In this document: positions 1-8,200 of the stretch, in pieces
Position numbering within the stretch: the first letter of the stretch is position 1
Layout of the letters: every line of letters begins with the position of its first letter
Origin: an uncultured Chloroflexia bacterium
Lineage (GTDB): Bacteria > Chloroflexota > Limnocylindria > Limnocylindrales > CSP1-4
Assembly: GCA_963805585.1 (NCBI GenBank)
Contig: CAWDUR010000017.1
Span: forward strand, 103,818-167,817
Reading direction: 5' to 3'
Length of the DNA: 64,000 bases
Notes under the pieces: model-generated
Database searches by the model: none
Seen by the model: the letters and a program-made list of their open reading frames with translations, nothing else
Told to the model about the DNA's origin: nothing
Translations under genes and position numbers: made by a program

Positions 1-1263
1 GAGGCGTGGCACACGCCGGGCCAGGTCGCGTTCCACGACGTGGTCGCGGTACCCGAAGAGCCGGCTGCGCTCAGCGATGGTGCGCGCCCGAGCCGTGGCA
101 GCCAGGGCCGCGGGCACGTCGCGACCGTCATGCTCACGGTGCTTGGCCACGTGCAGCCAGGCCAGCGCGGCGTGACGACCGCCCTCCAGTGCGATGGCGT
201 GCCAAGCTCCCTCGGCCTCGGCTCGCATCCCGAGGCGCGTGAGCGCCCGGGCGCGGTCGATGGCGACCTCTTCATAACGACGCGCATCCCGGGCATCAGC
301 CAGCCGCTCTAGCGCGGCGTCGAAGCAGGCCAGTGCCTCCTCGTGGCGCCGGCGGCGGGCGTAGACACGCCCGAGCCCGCCAAGGTCCCCTGGATCCACC
401 GAGTCGGGCGCCCGCCGCGTCGCGCTGGCTGGGGCCAGGTCCATGGCCAGCACGCCCAGCAGCAGCGCCATGGAGACGACGTCCTGGTGATTGTGCTCGA
501 GCACCTCGCGAAGGAGGCCCCCGTGTCCCGACCTCAGGTAGTCCAGGTAGCGGGCCGGGACCAGGCCCCCGGGCAGGTCATGCGCCCTCCGCACCCCGCA
601 GATAGCTGTCTCCACACTTGCCAGGCGCGCATCGACCAGTCGATGGCGCCACAGCGCACGTGCCAGGGGCAGCAAGTCGAGGTGGGCAGCATGTGCCGGC
701 GCGGTCCGACCGTGCAGCCGGAAGCGGGTCACCAGGAGCGGCCAGTCGAAGCTGCGGCCGTTGTAGGTGACCAGGCAGGCGTCTGCCGGGATGAGGCCGG
801 CCACGGCGGTGAGGTAGCCAGCCTCGTCCGACTGCTCCGGCAGGAGGAGCTGGCGGGTCACGAAGGTGTCCCCATGCCAGCGCCCGATCCCGACCAGGAA
901 GGGCAGGGTGCCAGCCCCGGATCCAAGGCCGGTCGTCTCCGTATCGATGAGGATGAGGGGCTGGCGCGGATCAACGGGGTCCGGTAGGGATGCCAGTCCC
1001 TCCAGCCGTGCCACCAACGGCAAGCTGCGCTCCACCACGACGATGGGCCGCCCCGAAGTCTCCTGGACCCTGCCGCCGACGGCCCGGGCCAGCCGCTCGG
1101 CTCGGTCCGGACGCTGCTCCGGTCGCGGGATCGTGCTGTGGGCGCCGTTCCCCCCTGCCGTGGCCGCTCGCAGCCGGTCAAGGCGCGAGCGACGCAATGG
1201 CCCAAGCTCGAGGTCTTCCACATCTCCCACCCTGGGGCGCGATCGTGCCAGCTCGGACGTCAC
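1..1263 (-). CDS. RNase H-fold DEDD-type exonuclease, YprB/MrfB-like, with helical TPR-like C-terminal region; 3' end runs off the window
   Basis: Absent from the ORF track because it has no stop in the window. Manual minus-strand translation is open from GTG at 1263 to base 1. Exonuclease motifs: PLILIDTETTGLGSGAG, VTYNGRSFDWPLL, LEHNHQDVVSM. The GTG overlaps the upstream helicase stop (GTGA). Confidence 0.7.
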   Translation of the reverse strand, partial: MTSELARSRPRVGDVEDLELGPLRRSRLDRLRAATAGGNGAHSTIPRPEQRPDRAERLARAVGGRVQETSGRPIVVVERSLPLVARLEGLASLPDPVDPRQPLILIDTETTGLGSGAGTLPFLVGIGRWHGDTFVTRQLLLPEQSDEAGYLTAVAGLIPADACLVTYNGRSFDWPLLVTRFRLHGRTAPAHAAHLDLLPLARALWRHRLVDARLASVETAICGVRRAHDLPGGLVPARYLDYLRSGHGGLLREVLEHNHQDVVSMALLLGVLAMDLAPASATRRAPDSVDPGDLGGLGRVYARRRRHEEALACFDAALERLADARDARRYEEVAIDRARALTRLGMRAEAEGAWHAIALEGGRHAALAWLHVAKHREHDGRDVPAALAATARARTIAERSRLFGYRDHVVERDLARRVPRL

Positions 1264-3606
1264 GCGGCCCGCATCCCCGATGAGCTCCCGGCCACGTCAT
1301 CGGCCCCGGTCAGGACGCGCAACAGGCGCGTGGCCAGGGCGCGGCCGTCCAGGCGACTCTCGCCTCGCGGTCCCACACAGGCCGGACAACCGACCTCGCA
1401 GTCGCACGCCATCACCAGGTCCAGGGCGCCGGTGAGGAGCTCGTCCGTGCGGTCGAAGAGGCGTGGCGAGAGGCCCACGCCACCGGGCGCCGCTTCCCAC
1501 AGGTAGACGACGGGTCGCTCCGCGTGCGGCGACTGGACCTGCGCCACCATGCCCAGATCGCGTGGATCGGCCATGAGGAGCACGCTGGCCACCGTCTGGA
1601 GCGCACGCCCCGCACCCAGCAAGGCAGCATCCAGCTCGTCACGCCGCCAGGCCGCCACGGCGACCGGGTCCAGAGCCAGCCACCAAGCCGTCGTATGCAG
1701 TTCCATCTCCGGCAGATGGATGTGGCCCCAGCCGACATTCTCGTGGGTGTCCAGCTTGAGCTTCTTGAAGATGGTGGCGATGGAGCTGATCATGACCTCG
1801 CCGTGCTGGCGGCTGCCGGCTCGGCGAGGGGCGCTGTCGAAGACCTCGAGGGGCTTGAGGGTCACGGCCAGTTCGGCCTGGGTGTAGTAGTCGGTGTCGA
1901 CGGGTCGGACGAGCGCCTTGCGTTCCTCCCAGTCCAACGTGTCCACGTGGTACTGGCGCGAGTCGTGGAGGTAGATGGCCTTCTCGTGCACGAGCACCCG
2001 AGCCGCGAAGAGATCCACCTCGCCGAGGACACGCGGTCGCTCGGGACCCGTGTCGATGATGAGCACGTTCTCCGGCGCGGCCACGCGCAGGTCGATCTCC
2101 GAGGCGGGGAAGTTCTCGCTGGCCCAGTACCAGCGACCATCGTCCGCCTGGCGGACGTGGCTCTCCTCCGCCAGGAAAGCCAGCAGGTCGTCGGCCGGGG
2201 CGCTGCCAAAACGCTCGCCCGGGTCGAAGGGCAGCTCGAAGGTCGCCGCCCGCAGGTGTGCCAGCAGCACGTGGATGTTCTCCGGGTCCAGGCGCGCCTC
2301 CTCCGGGGTCGTCTCGAAGAGGTACTCCGGGTGTGTCGCCACGTATCGGTCCAGGGCGCCAGCGCCAGCCACGAGGATGGCGACACTGGGCTCGCCGCGC
2401 CGACCGGCCCGGCCCATCTGCTGCCTGGTCGCGGCGATGGTGCCGGGATAGCCGGCCAGGATGGCGACGTCCAGTCGGCCGATGTCGATGCCCAGCTCCA
2501 GGGCATTCGTGCTGACGACGCCGAGCGATCTCGCCACTGCGGAGCCCGGATTCGATGGCCCGACGCTCGTTGGGCAGATAGCCACTGCGGTAGCCGCGGA
2601 CGCGATCGATGGGGCCTCGTCCCTCGCGCATGGCCTCGCGCAGCGAGGTCAGCAGCAACTCCACCGCGACGCGAGCACGACCGAAGACGATGGTCTGGCG
2701 GCCCGCCCGAAGGAATGCCAGCGCGGCCCGATACGAGAGCCCATGCGGCCCCGGGCGGACCCCGCTGCGGCGGTCGAGAGGGACCGGATCGAGCACCACC
2801 ACATGCCGCTCGCCCTGGGGCGCCCCGCTGCGATCGATGACGCGGAAGGGGCGCCCGGTCAGGGTCTCCGCCAGCTGCCCGGGATTGCCGATGGTCGCCG
2901 AGCAGCACACGAGGCGCGGTGCCGAGCCGTAGTGGGCGCAGATGCGCAGCAGGCGGCGCAGGACGTTGGCGACATGGCTGCCGAAGATGCCGCGGTAGGT
3001 GTGCGCCTCATCGATGACGACGTAGCGAACCTGCTCGAAGAGCTGGAACCACTTGGTGTGGTGGGGCAGGATGGCCGTGCTCAGCATGTCCGGATTGGTG
3101 ACGACTACCTGGCCTGCCTCGCGCACGACGGCCCGGATGGGGGCAGGCGTGTCACCGTCGTAGACGGCCGCCGAGAGGTCCATGCCGGCCAGCCCGGCCA
3201 GGTCCCGGAACTCAGCGAGCTGGTCCTGGCTGAGCGCCTTGGTGGGGAAGAGGTACAGCGCCCGCGCCGCGGGATCCTCCGCGATGGCCTGCAGGACGGG
3301 CAGGTTGTAGCAGAGCGATTTGCCCGATGCGGTGGGCGTCACGATGGCCACATCCTGCCCGGCTCGCAGCGCCTCGAGTGCCTCCGCCTGATGGCTGTAC
3401 AGCGCGCTGATGCCTCGTCGCTCCAGGGCGCCCACGAGACGCGCCTCCAGCCAGTCCGGGATGGGCACGTGCTCGGCCGGCTGGGCTGGCAGGACGTGCC
3501 GCGCCGCGAGGCTGGCCCGCATGTCGGGCTCCGCCAGCAGGCGGTCCAGGGCATCCAGCGTGGAACGAGGCTGATGCAATCGCATGGTCGACCTCACAAA
3601 TCGCAC
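1260..3606 (-). pseudogene. DEAD/DEAH-box helicase with C-terminal DUF1998 zinc module (YprA/MrfA-like), reading frame broken once near 2527
   Basis: The N-terminal frame (ORF 1639..3606) has VTPTASGKSLCY, VVIDEAHTYRG and CCSATIG. The C-terminal frame (ORF 1260..2585) continues LGVVSTNALELGIDIG ... QQMGRAGRRG ... CDCEVGCPACV. The join at ...GLRSGEI / LGVVSTN needs one base skipped. The likely true start is ATG 3585. Confidence 0.85.
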
Positions 3607-3615
3607 ATCCGTTCG
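3602..3615. promoter_or_regulatory. candidate LexA (Cheo/SOS) box upstream of the helicase gene
   Basis: The minus-sense sequence reads CGAACGGATGTGCG, against the consensus CGAAC-N4-GTTCG (one mismatch). It lies 17-30 nt upstream of helicase ATG 3585. Confidence 0.35.
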
Positions 3616-3647
3616 GTTCGTGCGAGTCTACCAGCCTGCACTCGCGC

Positions 3648-3677
3648 TTGACAGGCCCGATCACGCCTCACTAGGCT
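3648..3677 (+). promoter_or_regulatory. candidate sigma-70 type promoter for the FtsB/DivIC-like gene
   Basis: TTGACA (3648-3653), 18 nt spacer, TAGGCT (3672-3677). GGAAGAG lies just before ATG 3686. Confidence 0.3.
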
Positions 3678-3685
3678 CGGAAGAG

Positions 3686-4090
3686 ATGTCCACCCTGCGG
3701 AACGGCTTCCTGGAGCGGCGCGGAGCCGCCGCCATCGTCTTCGGATTGTTCGTGGCGGGGGGCATCGTCTTCGTCTTCGCCGGCACGCTGGCGCGCGCCA
3801 CGGAGCTCGAGCAGGAAGCCGCTCGTGCTCGCGCGGAGGTCGCGGCGCTCGAGGACCGGCTCGCGGCCGGTAACGCCGAGGTCGAGTTCCTCAGGAGTGA
3901 CCGCTTCCTCGAGCAGCAGGCGCGCGTGGTGGGCTATGGGGAGCGCGGTGAACAGCCCTTCCGCCTGCCCGACGGAGCGCCCTCTCCGGAGCCCATCGTG
4001 CCGCTGGGCGACCGCACGGAGCCAGCCGTGCCCGGCGCCCCGCTGGAGGCCTGGCTGGAATTGCTCTTCGGCGACTCCTTCGGCGCCTAG
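3686..4090 (+). CDS. septum formation initiator, FtsB/DivIC-like
   Basis: Short N-terminus, one TM (AAAIVFGLFVAGGIVFVFAG), then a coiled coil ELEQEAARARAEVAALEDRL and FLEQQARVVGYGERGEQPF, as in the DivIC/FtsB family. I prefer the internal ATG at 3686 over the track start at 3584. Confidence 0.5.
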   Translation: MSTLRNGFLERRGAAAIVFGLFVAGGIVFVFAGTLARATELEQEAARARAEVAALEDRLAAGNAEVEFLRSDRFLEQQARVVGYGERGEQPFRLPDGAPSPEPIVPLGDRTEPAVPGAPLEAWLELLFGDSFGA

Positions 4091-5091
4091 CTTTCCGTGC
4101 CAGCGGCGCCAGGTGGGTTGGCCCCGCTCAGGAGTTCGTGGCGAGCTCGGAGATCCACGTACAGGACGGCCAGCATGGCAGGGGAGAGGGGCGCCAGCAG
4201 GACGCTGCCAAGGGCTGCCACCAGGCTCTCAGCCACCATGGCGTCGAAGCCCACGGCGTCAGCCAGCAGGTCCACCACCAGGATAGCCAGCAGTTGCGAG
4301 ATGACAGCAGCACCAAGAGCCGTCAGCAGTGCCCCCAGGATGACCACGAAGGCGATGCGCCACGCATTGCCCTGGCTGAGCTGCCACGAGCGCCGCAGGG
4401 CGACCCGCCACCCGGCGCCCTCGATGGCCATGACCGGATAGGCCGGCGCCCAGCGCATCGTCAGCCAGGCCAGGGCCACGACGAGGGCCACACCGACGAC
4501 GAGGGCCGCGAAGACACCCGGGCCTCCCCGGCTGATGGGCCCAGGCGACAGGACTGCCATGGCCGAGGCCATGGCCATGAGCCCGACCAGCAGCAGGCCG
4601 ATGATGATGGCCGACGTGACCAACATGAAGACGAGGACGCTCGGCGCTCGGCGCAGTGCCGTGCGCACGGCAGCACCGACCGCCTGGCCCGGTGGTCGCT
4701 CCCGGTCGAGGACCGTGAAGGCCAGGGCGACAGCACCCAAGCTGCCCAGCACACCGGCCACCAGTGCGGCCACCACGTACTCCAGGAACGCGCCTCCGAG
4801 GCGCTCCAGCTGCGACGCGGTGAGCAACGGCGTATCCGAGATGATGCCCTGGCTTAGGCCGGGAAAGATATCCAGGACCACCTCGTTGAAACGGATGCCT
4901 GCGGTCGCCGTGAAGAGTGCGGCCGGCCCGGCGAAGGCAAGCGCCAGCAGCAGGACGGCCTGCCAGCGGCGACGAAGCCTGGCCAGCGCCGTCTCCAGGA
5001 TGGCGCCCACCCGCATCGGCCCGGAAGGGACGGCAGGCGACGGCGGCAGGGGAGGCTGGTCACCTCGGTCCGGCCCTTCCTCCGCCCTCAC
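4087..5091 (-). CDS. polytopic integral membrane protein, function unknown
   Basis: 334-aa ORF with at least six hydrophobic segments and high GC3. The start is ambiguous (GTG 5091 or ATG 5016). Confidence 0.6.
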   Translation of the reverse strand: MRAEEGPDRGDQPPLPPSPAVPSGPMRVGAILETALARLRRRWQAVLLLALAFAGPAALFTATAGIRFNEVVLDIFPGLSQGIISDTPLLTASQLERLGGAFLEYVVAALVAGVLGSLGAVALAFTVLDRERPPGQAVGAAVRTALRRAPSVLVFMLVTSAIIIGLLLVGLMAMASAMAVLSPGPISRGGPGVFAALVVGVALVVALAWLTMRWAPAYPVMAIEGAGWRVALRRSWQLSQGNAWRIAFVVILGALLTALGAAVISQLLAILVVDLLADAVGFDAMVAESLVAALGSVLLAPLSPAMLAVLYVDLRARHELLSGANPPGAAGTES

Positions 5092-5104
5092 GCCGTGCCG
5101 GATG

Positions 5105-5293
5105 TCATGGTCGATGGGAACGTGACGCCCACAATCGCATCAACTGGTACCCAAGGCTGGCTCCCACGGCCAACAGCGTGATGGCGGCCGTGACGACGAG
5201 ATCCACGGTGAGCCGGACCCTGAGCCGCATGACCCTGCCCCGCGGCAACGCCGCTTCCGTGGTGGTCAGCACGCTCCGCTTCAGATCGCTCAT
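5105..5293 (-). CDS. possible small single-pass membrane protein
   Basis: 62 aa from ATG 5293 (MSDLKRS...LVVTAAITLLAVGASLGYQL). It sits directly upstream of the membrane protein gene. No clear SD. Confidence 0.3.
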   Translation of the reverse strand: MSDLKRSVLTTTEAALPRGRVMRLRVRLTVDLVVTAAITLLAVGASLGYQLMRLWASRSHRP

Positions 5294-5405
5294 GACCACG
5301 AGTGTGCCACGACCGCGCATCGGCGGCGGACCGGGGTGGGGAACGCTGGACCTCCGTCCCTGCCCACGCTACGATTCGCGGCGCGATCCGTGCAGGGAGG
5401 CCGCC

Positions 5406-5834
5406 ATGGCGCTCAGGAGGCAGGACAAGGTGGCGTGGTTGGCCAAGGTCCCGCTCTTCGAGGGCTGCTCCGATCAGGTCATCCAGGCAGTCGCCGACGT
5501 CACGACCGAGCAGTCGTTCGAGGACGGCCAGACAGTCGTGCAGCAGGGCCAAGTCGGCAACGGCCTCTTCATCGTGGTCTCGGGTAGCGTGCGCATCGTG
5601 TCCGGCACACGGGAACTTGGTCGTCTGGGCGCGGGCGACTTCGTCGGTGAACTCTCCGTCATCGACCAGCGACCGCGGACGGCGAGCGCGATCGCAGAGG
5701 GGCCGACCATCTGCCTGGCCCTGGCGTCGTGGGATCTCCTGGCCCTCGTCGGCCACGATCGCGAGTTGACCCTGAACCTGCTGCGCGGTCTGGCCGGCCG
5801 GCTGCGCCAGGCCGACGAGCAGCTACGCTACTGA
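5406..5834 (+). CDS. cyclic nucleotide-binding domain protein (stand-alone CAP/Crp-type cNMP domain)
   Basis: VPLFEGCSDQVIQAVADV...GQVGNGLFIVVSGSVRI...LGAGDFVGELSVIDQRPRTASAIA, the canonical cNMP-binding beta-barrel signature. No HTH domain follows. Confidence 0.8.
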   Translation: MALRRQDKVAWLAKVPLFEGCSDQVIQAVADVTTEQSFEDGQTVVQQGQVGNGLFIVVSGSVRIVSGTRELGRLGAGDFVGELSVIDQRPRTASAIAEGPTICLALASWDLLALVGHDRELTLNLLRGLAGRLRQADEQLRY

Positions 5835-5863
5835 GCGGAGACCAACCGGGAACGGGAGAGGGC

Positions 5864-6280
5864 ATGAACCAATCGCAGATCCTCGAAGCGCTGGCAGGGC
5901 TGGCACTCTTCGCCGACCTCGACGGCCCGCAGCTCGAAGGTGTGGCGCACACCATGGCGGAGGACTCATTCACCGACGGGCAGCGCATCCTGCGACAGGG
6001 CATCTCGGGCTCGGGCTTCTTCGTCATCCTGGGCGGAGAAGTGACTGTCCGCGTGGACGGCACCGACGTCGCCCGGCTGGGTCGTGGGGAGTTCTTCGGC
6101 GAGACATCGCTGCTGCTCGGGGAAGCACCGGTGGCCGATGTCGTGGCGGTCGGCCCGGTAACGGCCATCCAGCTCGCGGGTCCTGACCTGCGCGCCTTCC
6201 TGCTCGCCTACCCGACCGTCATGTACCGCATGCTGCAGGCGGTCAGCCGACGCCTGGAGCGCGCCAACCGGCGCGGCTAG
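5864..6280 (+). CDS. cyclic nucleotide-binding domain protein, paralogue of the preceding gene
   Basis: LALFADLDGPQLEGVAH...GISGSGFFVILGGEVTV...LGRGEFFGETSLLLGEAPVADVVA. GGGAGAGG lies before ATG 5864. Confidence 0.8.
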   Translation: MNQSQILEALAGLALFADLDGPQLEGVAHTMAEDSFTDGQRILRQGISGSGFFVILGGEVTVRVDGTDVARLGRGEFFGETSLLLGEAPVADVVAVGPVTAIQLAGPDLRAFLLAYPTVMYRMLQAVSRRLERANRRG

Positions 6281-6288
6281 GCGCGATC

Positions 6289-7812
6289 GTGAACGAGTCC
6301 CACCCGGCGTCCTCTGCGTCCCTCGCCGACGAACACCCACCCGGCACCTACGACGTCGTCGTCGTAGGCAGCGGGCCAGGCGGTCTACAGGCCTCCTACT
6401 ACCTGTCGCGCCTGGGCATCCGCCATGCCGTGATCTCCGCCGACCCGGCTCCGGGTGGCATGTTCCGACAGTACCCCTTCTTCCAGCGCCTACTGTCCTG
6501 GACCAAGCCGCATGCCCGCCTGGCTCACGCTTCGCGAGAGTACGAATGCTACGACTTGAACAGTCTGGTGGCCTTCGAGCCTGAGCACCGCGGCATCATG
6601 GCCACGCTGATGGACGGCTCGTCCGAGTTCCCATCGCGGGCCGAGATGGCAGAGGGCATCGGGCGCTTCGCCGAGCGCACCGGCCTGCGCGTGCGCTACG
6701 GGACGACCTGGCAGGGCACGGGCCGCGACGCCAACGGGTACATCCTGCACACCTCTGCGGGCCAGTATCGTGCTCGAGTCCTCATCTTCGCGGTCGGCAT
6801 CGCCGAGCCCCTGCTGCCGGAGACGCCGGGCATCGAGCATGCCGCGCACTACGTCCAGACCCGCGACGCCGCCAGTTACGCCGGCAAGCGCCTCTTCATC
6901 ATCGGCAAGCAGAACTCCGGTTTCGAGCTGGCCAGCGGCCTCCTGCAGTGGGCCAGTCCCATCATCCTGGCCTCGCCGCGTCCGGCGCAGCTTTCGGTCA
7001 ACCTGCACTCGCTGGGGGGTGTCCGAGCTCGCTACATCCAGCCCTGGGAGGACGCGGCGGTCGGAGGCGGAGTCTTCATCCTGGACGCTGCCATCGAGCG
7101 CATCGAGCCCCGCAGCAGCGGCTTGGCCGTTCACACCCGGCGCACGGACACCTCCGAGCCCTTCGTCGCCGAGGTGGATGAGGTCATCGCCGCGACCGGC
7201 TTCCGCGCGCCGCTCCTGGACCTCCAGGATGTCGGCGTCACGCTGTTCGGCCGCAGCGGACTGCCGGCCATGACGAATGCCTACCAGTCCACGTCAGCCC
7301 CGGGCATCTATTTCGCGGGCACCATCGGACAGGCCGTGGGCGGCCTGCGCAAGTACGGCATCTCGGCCAACTCGGGAGCCGTCCACGGCCACCGCTACAA
7401 CACGCGCCTCGTCGTGGATGACCTCGCGGCGCAGCACTTCGGCATGGCGCGTCCCAGGCCGGTCGTGCCGCCGGACGACGTCGCGGACCAGTTGCTGGCC
7501 GCCGTCGCGAGGGCACCGGAGCTGTGGCACCAGAAGTCGTACCTGGCGCGGGCGATCAGTCGGGACCCCGACGGCCTGGTCCGCGACGAGGGCATCGTCT
7601 CCCTGGCTGAGTTCATCGATGCGCCCGGGCCGGACGGCGTGGCCGTCACGGTCGAGACGGACGACCGTGGCGATATCCATCCGGTCGTCTATGTGCGCCG
7701 TCACGGACGCGTCGATGCCGATGCGCGGCTCGCGAGCGACCCGCTGCTGGACTTCAGTGGGACCGAGCAGCGTGCCCAGCTGAAGTCCCTGATCAGTGGA
7801 GTCATGCCCTAA
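6289..7812 (+). CDS. FAD/NAD(P)-binding oxidoreductase (pyridine nucleotide-disulfide / flavin monooxygenase-like) with about 130-aa C-terminal extension
   Basis: YDVVVVGSGPGGLQASYYL (FAD GxGxxG), a second dinucleotide fold RLFIIGKQNSGFELA, and ATG motif IAATGFR. Confidence 0.8.
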   Translation: MNESHPASSASLADEHPPGTYDVVVVGSGPGGLQASYYLSRLGIRHAVISADPAPGGMFRQYPFFQRLLSWTKPHARLAHASREYECYDLNSLVAFEPEHRGIMATLMDGSSEFPSRAEMAEGIGRFAERTGLRVRYGTTWQGTGRDANGYILHTSAGQYRARVLIFAVGIAEPLLPETPGIEHAAHYVQTRDAASYAGKRLFIIGKQNSGFELASGLLQWASPIILASPRPAQLSVNLHSLGGVRARYIQPWEDAAVGGGVFILDAAIERIEPRSSGLAVHTRRTDTSEPFVAEVDEVIAATGFRAPLLDLQDVGVTLFGRSGLPAMTNAYQSTSAPGIYFAGTIGQAVGGLRKYGISANSGAVHGHRYNTRLVVDDLAAQHFGMARPRPVVPPDDVADQLLAAVARAPELWHQKSYLARAISRDPDGLVRDEGIVSLAEFIDAPGPDGVAVTVETDDRGDIHPVVYVRRHGRVDADARLASDPLLDFSGTEQRAQLKSLISGVMP

Positions 7813-7931
7813 GGCCGGAACCGCGCGAAGCGACCGGCCGGACGGTTGGTGCGGGCCGCACCCATCGCCCTCGAGGAGCGCGATCCGTTCGCGGCCGCCT
7901 GAGGTCAGCGCCGGTTCGCAGTCTGGCACGC

Positions 7932-7937
7932 TAGAAT
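7932..7937 (+). promoter_or_regulatory. candidate -10 element for the tRNA gene
   Basis: TAGAAT lies 21 nt upstream of the tRNA 5' end. No convincing -35. Confidence 0.25.
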
Positions 7938-7958
7938 GACCGGCGGTCGAGCAGCCGT

Positions 7959-8033
7959 GGCAGGGTAGCTCAGCGGCAGAGCAAGCGGCTCATAATCGCT
8001 AGGTCACAGGTTCGAATCCTGTCCCTGCTACCA
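7959..8033 (+). tRNA. tRNA with CAT anticodon (elongator tRNA-Met; lysidine-modified tRNA-Ile2 not excluded), CCA encoded
   Basis: Hand-folded cloverleaf: acceptor GGCAGGG/CCCTGCT (G1-U72), D stem GCTC/GAGC, anticodon stem AGCGG/TCGCT with loop CTCATAA (CAT at 7991-7993), T arm ACAGG-TTCGAAT-CCTGT, then A-CCA. Confidence 0.85.
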
Positions 8034-8140
8034 CTTCTCGCGCATCCGCCCGGCCCGCCACGCATCCTCACAGCTACTACGCCTGGCCGGCTCGGTGCCG
8101 CTCGTCATCAGACTTTCATGGCTGCTCGCCGAGCCCGGCC

Positions 8141-8174
8141 TATAATCGCCTTCCCGTCCGGACCTCGCGGACGG
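8141..8174 (+). promoter_or_regulatory. candidate ftsH promoter -10 (perfect TATAAT) followed by a leader hairpin
   Basis: TATAAT at 8141-8146. Hairpin CCGTCCG-gacctcg-CGGACGG at 8154-8174, about 27 nt before the ftsH start. Confidence 0.3.
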
Positions 8175-8200
8175 CTCCAGGCTGAAGGCAGGTTCCTCTC

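Noticed and set aside
6-987. Plus-strand ORFs at the window start (6..242, 40..312, 333..605, 343..987)
   Set aside because: They are antisense to the continuous minus-strand exonuclease frame, which has clear DEDD motifs. Their translations are low-complexity Arg/Pro/Gly.
7813-8200. Possible genomic island or integrase target at the tRNA gene
   Set aside because: There is no integrase, no direct repeat of the tRNA 3' end and no compositional shift. The neighbours are an oxidoreductase and ftsH. The only tyrosine recombinase (25213-26232) is a Xer-type gene 17 kb away in a housekeeping context.
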